Position numbers and translations under genes: made by a program. The notes under the pieces were generated by a model. It searched no databases, was not told the origin of the DNA, and saw only the letters and a list, made by a program, of their open reading frames with translations. From assembly GCA_040954595.2 (NCBI GenBank), contig CM082579.2, forward strand, positions 15,600,550 to 15,664,549: a stretch of DNA of 64,000 bases. Direction: 5' to 3'. Shown one piece after another: positions 35,858-48,341 of the stretch. Source of the stretch: Balanoglossus misakiensis. Its lineage: Eukaryota > Animalia > Hemichordata. Every line of letters begins with the position of its first letter. Positions within the stretch are counted from its first letter, which is position 1.

Positions 35858-38800
35858 TGGCAGCGCTGAAGTTAGTTACCCTGAATGTCAGGGGTTTCAA
35901 AGACAAAACGAAAAGGAACTGTATATATCGCTGGCTAAAACTCCAAAAAACGAGTATCGCGATTTTACAAGAGTTGCATGGAAATGGAACAGACATTGAC
36001 ACTTGGGAGAAAGAATGGGGAGGGAAAGTATTCTTCTCGAAAGGTGACAATTATAGCAGAGGAACGGCAATATTGATTGAGCGCAGATGTGACCTCACCA
36101 TTGATTCCGTGTGGAATGACGACTTCGGAAGAATTTGCATAATAAACGGTAGCCTTGTAGGTGTTAAGCTTTCAATTTGTAGTGTTTATGCCCCGAATCT
36201 CGTGAAACAAAGAACGGAATTCTTGAAAGATCTAGCTGGCCTGGTTGACACTCACTGCTATTACGAAAATCTTATTATAGCAGGCGACTTCAATTGTGCA
36301 CTCAACGACACTTTGGACAGAGCGTCAAGTGTGAAATCACGGCAATCACATGATGGATCAAGAAGAGTCTTACGTAGTTTTTGTAATCAGTTTCAACTTA
36401 TTGATGTTTGGAGGAATTTCCACCCTGGGCAACGGCAGTTTACTTGGCGAAGATTGGCCCCATCACCGACTCATAGCCGATTAGATTATGTTTTTATCTC
36501 AAAGCATCTCGTCAAGAATGTCAAAAAATCGGATATTCGTCCTGCTGTACACACAGATCATATGGCTGATTACGTGGAATTGCAGACCGCTTCAGATTGT
36601 AGAGGGCCTGGTACATGGAAACTGAACAATAGGCTTTTAAAAAATGAAGGCTTTGTCAACGGAGTCAAATCTTTAATCAGAGAGTGTGGTGAGAAGACAT
36701 TCGAAAATAATCGGATGAAATGGGACATCATGAAGAAAGAAATTAAAGAATATGCATTGGAATTTACAAGGTATGGAACAAAAGATCACAATAAGGAAAT
36801 ACCGAAGCTTGAGCAACAGCTAAAAGCGGATAAAAGAAATATGCTGGTGAATCCATCAGATGAAAATATACGGAAATACAGTGAAACCAAACAACGCCTT
36901 GAGAATATTTACAACATACTCGCTGAAGGTGCGCAGATAAGATCGCGTGCAGCGTGGGTGGAAAAGGGAGAAAGGAATACCAAGTATTTTTATCATTAGA
37001 AAAGCGAAATGCAGGAAAAAAGGAAATTAAGGAGCTGGTGACCAGAAGTGGAAAGTGTGTGACAAAAACGGACGAGATTCTGCGGGAACAAAGAGAATTC
37101 TGCGAGACGATCTATCAGCGAAAATGTTGCCATCAGTCGATTGACGATTTTTTGGAAAATAGCAGTTTACCAGGACTAACAGCTCTACAAAGTGAACAGT
37201 GCGAAGGTAATTTAACGGAAAGGGAATGTTTGCGCGCTTTGAAGACCATGGCAGCTAACAAGTCTCTGGGATGTGATGGACTTTCGGTCGAATCTTTTCT
37301 TTTCTTTTGGTCAGAAATAAAAACATTTGTCACTTCATCTCTCAATGAAGCCTGGTCGTCAGGGGAACTTTCTGCTACACAAAAAAGAGGTATTATTACA
37401 TTGTTGTATAAAAAGGGAGATGAAAATGACTTGAATAATTGGAGGCCTGTGTCGCTTTTAAACATTGACTACAAAATTGCCACTAAGGCATTATCAAACA
37501 GACTCAAATGTGTTTTACCTACAATTATCCATAGAGATCAGACAGGCTATATGAAAGGCCGTTTTATTGGAGAAAACATTCGCCTGATCTCCGATGTTCT
37601 AGACTACACTAAAAAGCGGCGTTTGGAAGGAGCTATCCTTTTTGTAGATTATGCGAAAGCGTTTGACAGTGTAAATTGGAAATTTTTGTATAGGGTGCTT
37701 AAAAAGATGAATTTTGGTCCAGGCTTTATACGCTGGATTGAAGTTTTATATAGTAATATTTCTAGTTGTATTGTTTATAAGGGATGGTGCTCTGGATACT
37801 TTTCATTACATAGAGGTGTTCGACAGGGATGTTCCCTCTCGGCTTTATTGTTTTTACTTGTGATCGAAGTACTTGCATGTAAAATAAGACAACACGGGGA
37901 GATCAACGGGATCCCCTTATATGGTAATAATACAGCGAAGATTTCATTATTTGCCGACGACACCACCATTTTTACAAGGGATGGTCGGTCATTAGAAAAT
38001 GTTTTTAAAGTTATGGCTGATTTTCATCAGTGTGGTGGTTTAAAAATGAGCAACAAGAAAACGAAGGGAATGTGGGTTGGAAAAAACAGAAATAGTGAAA
38101 AGAAGATGGGAAATGTTGAATGGACAAATGAGCCCATCAAAACGCTTGGTGTGTATTTTGGCTATGACACTGAGAAATGTAACAAACTTAACTGGGAGCC
38201 TAAGATTGATAAACTGAAAAAGGTGCTACAAATGTGGGAAAGGAGAAGGCTTACGTTTTATGGGAGAGTGATGATTACGAAGGTTTTTGCAATTTCACAG
38301 ATTTTGTTTTTGACATCAGTGATTGGAATACCTGAAGGCATTAAGTGTGTTGTTCGAAAGCTAATTGATGGTTTTATAAGAAGAAAACGAAATATAAGCA
38401 ATGTAATACTTCAGAGTGATTATGACAAAGGTGGCATCAGATGTGTCAACTTAGACAAGCAAATTGATTCTCTTTATGCAGTATGGGTCAAGAGACTGGT
38501 CTTGTGTAAAGGCAACACTTGGTCTGCTATACCATGGCATTATTTACAAATGGATGACCTTCAGTCATGTAATCTTATTCAGCACAACATTTTCTGGGAA
38601 TCACTACCAAAGGCTTTAGAGTCTGCGATCCCTGAATTTTACGTCAAGGTTTTAAATGCGTGGTACAGTGCAAGTGAAAACATCAAAGGAAACAGAAATG
38701 TAATTTTGAAATGGTGTAGCAAGTTTCACTTTTTCTACAAATCCTTGAAAAATTGTAAATACGGTATTTGGGATGGAAAACACTGGATTTCCATCAATAA

Positions 38801-39414
38801 CGTTACGTGTAAAGCCATTTATGCGAACATTCCACAAAGGAGTCCAAAAGTGGATAAACTTAACAAATGGTACACATTACTGGAGGTACCAAACCAGACT
38901 ACAAAAGAAAGTGAAACGGTCTGGAAGAACATACACGCAATAACTAAGGAAACAAAGTTGCGGTAATTTCAATGGAAACTTTTACACAGGTTGTTGCCAT
39001 GTAATAAGTATTTGTTTTATTGGAATAAGAGCAGCAGTGTGGATTGTGAACTTTGTAAGATACCAGAGTCTCTTGAGCACAAGTACGTGCGTTGTACTAT
39101 AGCCACATCACTTTGGGCAAAAATCGAGCGCATAATTCGGCAACTATTTTTGTAAAGATTTTGTTTTACAAAGCGCCCATATAATTTTCAATTGCATTAG
39201 AAGTGTTATGCTTTCGAAATCTGAAGAAAATATTGTAAATTTATTTATTTTAGTTTGCAAATGGAGTATACATAAATACTGGCTAAGTGAAACCAGAGCA
39301 CCTTTAATGGTGCTGGTAAAATACGAATTCATATTGAGATACAAGGTATACAAGGAAATACGCAATAATTCAGAAAGTGCAAGAATTTTTGAAGCTATTA
39401 TATCTATGATGTGA
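35857..39414 (+). pseudogene. LINE ORF2: APE endonuclease, RT and C-terminal CCHC; frameshift near 36990 and stop at 38964
   Basis: TLNVRG, LQE, VYAPN, GDFN, SRLDY, TDH; WRPVSLLNIDYK, GVRQGC, FADD; downstream CELC...ESLEH...C after the stop. Confidence 0.93.
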
Positions 39415-39493
39415 GTTTTCAGTTGGTTTCTTTTTTTTGATATGTTAATGTAACACTGAAAGTTTTTTTAATAAAAGATACAGAAAAAAAAAA

Positions 39494-42400
39494 TTACGCC
39501 AGTCTGTGTCATATAGAGCCGGTGCACCAGCCGAGTCACGCCGTAGGAAATCTGACTTGATCAACGTGGTCAATGTACGCCTGTTTCTGCTCTAGAATGC
39601 CGGGGCTTCAGCTGAGCCAGGCCGTAGGAAACCCGACGTGATTACCGTTGTTAACTTACGCCAGTCTGTGTCAGATATATAGTGCCGGGGCATCAGCCGT
39701 GCCAGGCCGAAGGAAATGTGAGTAGATCAACGTGGTCTCTGTACGCGTGTTTCTGCTCTAGAGTGCCAGGGCTTTAGCCAAGCCATGCCGTAGGAAATCT
39801 GACTTGATCAACGTTGCTAACGAACGCTAGTGTCTGTCATAGTGTGCCGGGGTTTTAGTCGAGCCAAGCCGTAGGAGATCAGACTTGATCAACGTGGTCT
39901 CTGTACGCGTGTTTCTGCTCTAGAGTGCCGGGGTTTTATCCAAGCCATGCCGTAGAAAATCTGACTTGATCACCGTTGCTAACGTACGCTAGTGTCTGTC
40001 ATATTGTGACGGAGATTTAGCCGAGCCAGGCCGTAGAAAAATTGACTTGTTCAACGTTACCAGTGTGCAACTGTTTCTGCTCTAGAGTGTCAGGGTTTTA
40101 GCCGACTTATGCTGTAGGAAATCTGAGTTGATGAACGGGAATTCAATGTTAGAAAACCCGTGTGGAAAGTATCTCTACCCGTTTGAAACTAAGAAAAGAA
40201 TTTATTCTTATTTATTTTGTAAAAAAGACAATTTTTCGAAAAAAAGTTGAAAATGGTAATTTTGTCTTGGGTGATTCAAATTATACCGCCTTTTCTGGAA
40301 TTTGCAGCACTTTTTGCAAGAGAACGACACTTCATGCTCCATAATATTTCCGAAAATGAAGAAAAGAGTTAATTTTTTATGATTTTTTAAAAATTTACCA
40401 TTTTTGTCAAAATATGGCCAAAATGGCTATTTTTTCTTGAATTCCGTCAATATATCTGCATTTTTGGAGTGGTCGAAAGTTTTAACATACAATCAACATG
40501 TCATATATGATCAGGGCACCAAATTCGAAGAACAAAGGTTTTTTTTTTATTATTTTTTCTTCTAAAAATGACATTTTCAAGGAAAATTTGGTAAAACGCA
40601 ATTTTGTCTGCAGTGAGCCAAATTAGACGGTCTTTTGTGGAATTTGTATCGATATATACATACGAAGAGCATTCTATACTCCATCAGATTTCCGAAAATG
40701 TAGAAAACAGGTATTTTTTGTAATTTTCAAAAATTTACCATTTTGACCAAATTGTGGCTAAAATTGTTATTTTCGTGTTGAATGCCGCCAGTGTCACTGC
40801 TTTTAAAAGTCATCAAAACTTTTAACATACAAGCAATTGTTTATATATGATCAGGTCACCGAATTTATAAAATAAAGAATGTTTTGCCTAAAAATGACCT
40901 TTTTGGTGCAAAAACGAATAAAACACAATTTTGTATTAAATCAGCTCATTCAGAGTGCATTTTTTATAATCAGCACCATGTTCACATATAATGGAAATTT
41001 CATACATCATCAGATATCCAAATATGAAAAAATGATTTAGATTTTAGATGATTGTCCAAAATTAGCTGATATCTAACAAATGTAGTATTGAACCGTTCTG
41101 TTCCCCCCCCCCCTTACATTATATGCGGTACGCCGATGTCAGCTTACCCGGCAGTACTGTAGGCCGTGCCCCCAACAAACGTCGGTGTTTGAAACGCCCT
41201 GGTTAAATTCGGGCTCTCTCTTTAAATTGACAGGCAATAATGCAGTCCTACCGGAACAAATGTCAAGTGTTGAACCGCTGTGACTTTCCCTGTTCGGTTT
41301 GCCCGACTTAGCCAACGTCTTTGTACTAGAGTGTCGGGTCTTTTGCAGAGCCAGGCCGAAGGAAATCCGACTTGATCACCGTTGCTAACGAACGCTAGTG
41401 TCTGTCATGGTGTGCCGGGGTTTTAGTCGAGCCAGGCCGTAGGAGATCTGACTTGATCATCGTGGTCAATGTACGCGTGTTTCCGCTCTAAAGTGCCGGG
41501 GCTTCAGCTAAACCAGGCCGTAGGAAATCCGACGTAATCACCGTTGATAACTTACGCCAGTCTGTGTCATATAGAGCCGGTGCACCAGCCGAGTCACGCC
41601 GTAGGAAATCTGACTTGATCGACGTGGTCAATGTACGCCTGTTTCTGCTCTAGAGTGCCGGGGCTTCAGCTGAGCCAGGCCGTAGGAAACCCGACGTGAT
41701 TACCGTTGTTAACTTACGCCAGTCTGTGTCCTATATATAGTGCCGGGGCATCAGCCGTGCCAGGCCGAAGGAAATGTGAGTAGATCAACGTGGTCTCTGT
41801 ACGCGTGTTTCTGCTCTAGAGTGCCAGGGCTTTAGCCAAGCCATGCCGTAGGAAATCTGACTTGATCAACGTTGCTAACGAACGCTAGTGTCTGTCATAG
41901 TGTGCCGGGGTTTTAGTCGAGCCAAGCCGTAGGAGATCAGACTTGATCAACGTGGTCTCTGTACGCGTGTTTCTGCTCTAGAGTGCCGGGGCTTTATCCA
42001 AGCCATGCCGTAGAAAATCTGACTTGATCACCGTTGCTAACGTACGCTAGTGTCTGTCATATTGTGACGGAGATTTAGCCGAGCCAGGCCGTGGAAAAAT
42101 CGACTTGTTCAACGTTACCAGTGTGCAACTGTTTCTGCTCTAGAGTGTCAGGGTTTTAGCCGACTTATGCTGTAGGAAATCTGAGTTGATGAACGTGAAT
42201 TCAATGTTAGAAAACCTGTGTGGAAAGTATCTCTACCCGTTTGAAACTAAGAAAAGAATTTATTCTTATTTATTTTGTAAAAAAGACAATTTTTCGAAAA
42301 AAAGTTGAAAATGGTAATTTTGTCTTGGGTGATTCAAATTATACCGCCTTTTCTGGAATTTGCAGCACTTTTTGCAAGAGAACGACACTTCATGCTCCAT

Positions 42401-45400
42401 AATATTTCCGAAAATGAAGAAAAGAGTTAATTTTTTATGATTTTTTAAAAATTTACCATTTTTGTCAAAATATGGCCAAAACGGCTATTTTTTCTTGAAT
42501 TCCGTCAATATATCTGCATTTTTGGAGTGGTCGAAAGTTTTAACATACAATCAACATGTCATATATGATCAGGGCACCAAATTCGAAGAACAAAGTTTTT
42601 TTTTATTTTTTTTTCTTCTAAAAATGACATTTTCAAGGAAAATTTGGTAAAACGCAATTTTGTCTGCAGTGAGCCAAATTAGACGGTCTTTTGTGGAATT
42701 TGTATCGATATATACATATACGAAGAGCATTCTATACTCCATCAGATTTCCGAAAATGTAGAAAACAGGTATTTTTTGTAATTTTCAAAAATTTACCATT
42801 TTGACCAAATTGTGGCTAAAATTGTTATTTTCGTGTTGAATGCCGCCAGTGTCATTGCTTTTAAAAGTCATAAAAACTTTTAACATACAAGCAATTGTTT
42901 ATATATGATCAGGTCACCGAATTTATAAAATAAAGAATGTTTTGCCTAAAAATGACCTTTTTGGTGCAAAAACGAATAAAACGCTATTTTGTATTAAATC
43001 AGCTCATTCAGAGTGCATTTTTTATAATCAGCACCATGTTTACATATAATGGAAATTTCATACATCATCAGATATCCAAATATGAAAAAATGATTTAGAT
43101 TTTAGATGATTGTCCAAAATTAGCTGATATCTAACAAATGTAGTATTGAACCGTTCTGTTCCCCCCCCCCTTACATTATATGCGGTACGCCGATGTCAGC
43201 TTACCCGGCAGTACTGTAGGCCGTGCCCCCAACAAACGTCGGTGTTTGAAACGCCCTGGTTAAATTCGGGCTCTCTCTTTAAATTGACAGGCAATAATGC
43301 AGTCCTACCGGAACAAATGTCAAGTGTTGAACCGCTGTGACTTTCCCTGTTCGGTTTGCCCGACTTAGCCAACGTCTTTGTACTAGAGTGTCGGGTCTTT
43401 TGCAGAGCCAGGCCGAAGGAAATCCGACTTGATCACCGTTGCTAACGAACGCTAGTGTCTGTCATGGTGTGCCGGGGTTTTAGTCGAGCCAGGCCGTAGA
43501 AGATCTGACTTGATCATCGTGGTCAATGTACGCGTGTTTCCGCTCTAAAGTGCCGGGGCTTCAGCTAAACCTGGCCGAAGGAAATCCGACGTAGTCACCG
43601 TTGATAACTTACGCCAGTCTGTGTCATATAGAGCGGGTGCACCAGCCGAGTCACGCCGTAGGAAATCTGACTAGATCAACGTGGTCAATGTACGCCTGTT
43701 TCTGCTCTAGAATGCCGGGGCTTCAGCTGAGCCAGGCCGTAGGAAACCCGACGTGATTACCGTTGTTAACTTACGCCAGTCTGTGTCCTATATATAGTGC
43801 CGGGGCATCAGCCGTGCCAGGCCGAAGGAAATGTGAGTAGATCAACGTGGTCTCTGTACGCGTGTTTCTGCTCTAGAGTGCCAGGGCTTTAGCCAAGCCA
43901 TGCCGTAGGAAATCTGACTTGATCAACGTTGCTAACGAACGCTAGTGTCTGTCATAGTGTGCCGGGGTTTTAGTCGAGCCAAGCCGTAGGAGATCAGACT
44001 TGATCAACGTGGTCTCTGTACGCGTGTTTCTGCTCTAGAGTGCCGGGGTTTTATCCAAGCCATGCCGTAGAAAATCTGACTTGATCACCGTTGCTAACGT
44101 ACGCTAGTGTCTGTCATATTGTGACGGAGATTTAGCCGAGCCAGGCCGTAGAAAAATTGACTTGTTCAACGTTACCAGTGTGCAACTGTTTCTGCTCTAG
44201 AGTGTCAGGGTTTTAGCCGACTTATGCTGTAGGAAATCTGAGTTGATGAACGGGAATTCAATGTTAGAAAACCCGTGTGGAAAGTATCTCTACCCGTTTG
44301 AAACTAAGAAAAGAATTTATTCTTATTTATTTTGTAAAAAAGACAATTTTTCGAAAAAAAGTTGAAAATGGTAATTTTGTCTTGGGTGATTCAAATTATA
44401 CCGCCTTTTCTGGAATTTGCAGCACTTTTTGCAAGAGAACGACACTTCATGCTCCATAATATTTCCGAAAATGAAGAAAAGAGTTAATTTTTTATGATTT
44501 TTTAAAAATTTACCATTTTTGTCAAAATATGGCCAAAATGGCTATTTTTTCTTGAATTCCGTCAATATATCTGCATTTTTGGAGTGGTCGAAAGTTTTAA
44601 CATACAATCAACATGTCATATATGATCAGGGCACCAAATTCGAAGAACAAAGGTTTTTTTTTATTATTTTTTCTTCTAAAAATGACATTTTCAAGGAAAA
44701 TTTGGTAAAACGCAATTTTGTCTGCAGTGAGCCAAATTAGACGGTCTTTTGTGGAATTTGTATCGATATATACATACGAAGAGCATTCTATACTCCATCA
44801 GATTTCCGAAAATGTAGAAAACAGGTATTTTTTGTAATTTTCAAAAATTTACCATTTTGACCAAATTGTGGCTAAAATTGTTATTTTCGTGTTGAATGCC
44901 GCCAGTGTCATTGCTTTTAAAAGTCATAAAAACTTTTAACATACAAGCAATTGTTTATATATGATCAGGTCACCGAATTAATAAAATAAAGAATGTTTTG
45001 CCTAAAAATGACCTTTTTGGTGCAAAAACGAATAAAACGCAATTTTGTATTAAATCAGCTCATTCAGAGTGCATTTTTTATAATCAGCACCATGTTTACA
45101 AATAATGGAAATTTCATACATCATCAGATATCCAAATATGAAAAAATGATTTAGATTTTAGATGATTGTCCAAAATTAGCTGATATCTAATAAATGTAGT
45201 ATTGAACCGTTCTGTCCCCCCCCCCCTACATTATATGCGGTACGCCGATGTGAGCTTACCCGGCAGTACTGCAGGCCGTGCCCCCAACTAACGTCGGTGT
45301 TTGAAGCGCCCTGGTTAAATTCGGGCTTTCTCTATAAATTGACAGGCAATAATGCAGTCCTACCCGAACAAATGTCGAGTGTTGACCCGCTGTGACTTTC

Positions 45401-46904
45401 CCTCTTCGGTTTGCCCGACTTAGCCAACGTCTTTGTACTAGAGTGTCGGGTCTTTTGCAGAGCCAGGCCGAAGGAAATCCGACTTGATCACCGTTGCTAA
45501 CGAACGCTAGTGTCTGTCATGGTGTGCCGGGGTTTTAGTCGAGCCAGGCCGTAGGAGATCTGACTTGATCATCGTGGTCAATGTACGCGTGTTTCCGCTC
45601 TAAAGTGCCGGGGCTTCAGCTAAACCAGGCCGTAGGAAATCCGACGTAATCACCATTGATAAGTTACGCCAGTCTGTGTCATATGGAGCCGGTGCACCAG
45701 CCGAGTCACGCCGTAAGAAATCTGACTTGATCAACGTGGTCAATGTACGCCTGTTTCTGCTCTAGAGTGCCGGGGCTTCAGCTGAGCCAGGCCGTAGGAA
45801 ACCCGACGTGATTACCGTTGTTAACTTACGCCAGTCTGTGTCCTATATATAGTGCCGGGGCATCAGCCGTGCCAGGCCGAAGGAAATGTGAGTAGATCAA
45901 CGTGGTCTCTGTACGCGTGTTTCTGCTCTAGAGTGCCAGGGCCAAGCCATGCCGTAGGAAATCTGACTTAATCAACGTTGCTAACGAACGCTAGTGTCTG
46001 TCATAGTGTGCCGGGGTTTCAGTCGAGCCAAGCCGTAGGAGATCAGACTTGATCAACGTGGTCTCTGTACGCGTTTTTCTGCTCTAGAGTGCCGGGGCTT
46101 TATCCAAGCCATGCCGTAGAAAATCTGACTTGATGACCGTTGCTAACGTACGCTAGTGTCTGTCATATTGTGACGGACATTTAGCGGAGCCAGGCCGTAG
46201 AAAAATCGACTTGTTCAACGTTACCAGTGTGCAACTGTTTCTGCTCTAGAGTGTCAGGGTTTTAGCCGACTTATGCTGTAGGAAATCTGAGTTGATGAAC
46301 GGGAATTCAATGTTAGAAAACCCGTGTGGAAAGTATCTCTACCCGTTTCAAACTAAGAAAAGAATTTATTCTTATTTATTTTGTAAAAAAGACAATTTTT
46401 CGAAAAAAAGTCGTAATTTTGTCTTGGGTGATTTAAATTATACCGCCTTTTCTGGAATTTGCAGCACTTTTTACAAGAGAACGACACTTCATGCTCCATA
46501 ATATTTCCGAAAATGAAGAAAAGAGTTAATTTTTTAAGGTTTTTTAAAAATTTACCATTTTAGTCAAAATATGGCCAAAATGGCTATTTTTTCTTGAATT
46601 CCGTCAATATATCTGCATTTTTGGAGTGGTCGAAAGTCTTAACATACAATCATCATGCCATATATGATCAGGGCACCAAATTCGAAGAACAAAGGTTTTT
46701 TTATTTATTTTTTCTAAAAATGACATTTTCAAGGAAAATTTGGTAAAACGCAATTTTGTCTGCAGTGAGCCAAATTAGACGGTCTTTTGTGGAATTTGTA
46801 TCGATATATACATACGAAGAGCATTCTATACTCCATCAGATTTCCGAAAATGTAGAAAACAGGTATTTTTTGTAATTTTCAAAAATTTACAATTTTGACC
46901 AAAT
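39494..46904 (+). repeat. Sat1 block 4
   Basis: Landmarks at 40162, 42220, 44277, 46326 (periods 2049-2058). Confidence 0.95.
41330..42195 (+). repeat. Example 81-bp subrepeat block of one Sat1 monomer (11 units, alternating A/B types)
   Basis: cca(g/t)gccg motif at 41351, 41432, 41513, ~41594, 41675, 41760, 41841, 41922, 42003, 42084, 42165. Confidence 0.9.
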
Positions 46905-48341
46905 TGTGGGGAAGTATCGTGGCAGTGATCAATACTCCCTGGAGGGGGTCGAGTATACTGACGTCGGAAAAGAAGCGAACGATTCAGTGCTAGGTAAAAC
47001 ACTGGTTTATTACCATCTGAATCCAACAACAAAGTAACACCACAGAGCTCCTTAGAAAATGCTGCCCGAAAGCGCCAAAACTGGGTTATATATAAGTCCC
47101 ACGAACGCCGGAGCAAACACTCAAAAATTACAATAAATCTGCTACAAGTATAAAGTTTGGCGGGAAACAAAGTCAACTCTGATAGGGTAAGAGTTTCCGT
47201 CACGTGATCCTTCTGGAGTAAATCTCTCACTTCTCCATATTCTCCCCCGCGCAAAGGAAAGTCTCGAAAATCGTCAGAAAAAAACACATCAAATAACATG
47301 AAATATGATTAAAGTCACCTAAAGTGTTCAAGGATAATAAACTAATGTTCATTGTGTCAGTAAACATGATAACAGTCACAATGCGATCGAAATTGTTTTC
47401 CTATTTCAAAGTCAAATAGAGAGATCCGCTATTCGTACTCGAGCGGCAACTGCAGAGTCTCTGACAGGTCGTCTCGGGGGTACAACATCCGCCTTCACCG
47501 AGGAATCTTCAGAGGCTCCAGCTGTGTCGACTGTTTCAGTATTCGTGTTGGAATCTGCTCCAATACCTGTATTATCTCCAGACACAGTTGACAGCTCCTT
47601 GGAGACAACTTCCAATGGGTACAATTTATGGATAGGTCGGTTTGTAGGACCACCTGCGGTGTTCAACTTCGCAGATCGTACCAGTTTATCATTACCGAAG
47701 ATCAACCTTGTTACAGTTCCTAAATGCCATTTCGGACGTTTGTCAGTGTCACTGTGTATTATCACGACATCTTCGACCTTGATGACATTATCACGAGTTC
47801 CTTTGGTGGGATGTCGTTCACGTAGGGCAGTCAGATAATCGGACGACCATCTTCGCCAAAATTGATCGTGTAATCTTGATAGATGTTCATATCTTTTGTT
47901 GATTTCACGATTATCACAGTAAGATGGGTCAATCACCTCTTCGTCGGTGATCTCGATGTACGGCAATGATGTCAGTGTCCTGCCATGTAGCAAGTGATTT
48001 GGGGTCAATCCAATGTTGTCGTTTATACTGGATGACACGTACGTTAACGGCCTGTCGTTTAAAACGGCTTCAATTTCAGTCACAACTGTTGCGAGTTCAT
48101 CAAAGGTTAGGTAAGCTCGACCGAGAGTTTTCCTAATAGCGTTCTTTGTCAAAGCAATCAGCCTCTCCCAGAAGCCACCAAACCAGGGCGCGCGCTTCGG
48201 TATAAACGTCCATTGTACACGATGTGCGGCGAGAAAGTCATTTACTTCTGGCGTATCAAACAGTGTTTTGATTTCATTGGCAGCCGATAAATAAGTCGAT
48301 GCGTTGTCTGACAGCATCCTACTCGGCAAAGAACGTCTCGC
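46905..48341 (-). mobile_element. BEL-1 copy 2, truncated (3' LTR 46905-47239, PPT, integrase C-terminal half)
   Basis: Near-identical to 2815-4251; ORF 47412-48329; same left flank CAAAT; rejoins the satellite at CGC (48339-48341). Confidence 0.95.

Larger units (their letters stand above)
34475..39493 (+). mobile_element. Tx1-like (L1-group) non-LTR retrotransposon, apparently full length
   Basis: 13-bp TSD TTACGCCAGTCTG (34462-34474 and 39494-39506); AATAAA at 39470 and a short A tail; ORF1 and ORF2 present. Confidence 0.95.

Noticed and set aside
41330-42195. 81-bp units as a CRISPR array or a 27-codon protein repeat
   Set aside because: The parts between conserved motifs are homologous to each other rather than unique spacers, there are no cas genes, and stops occur in all frames I checked.
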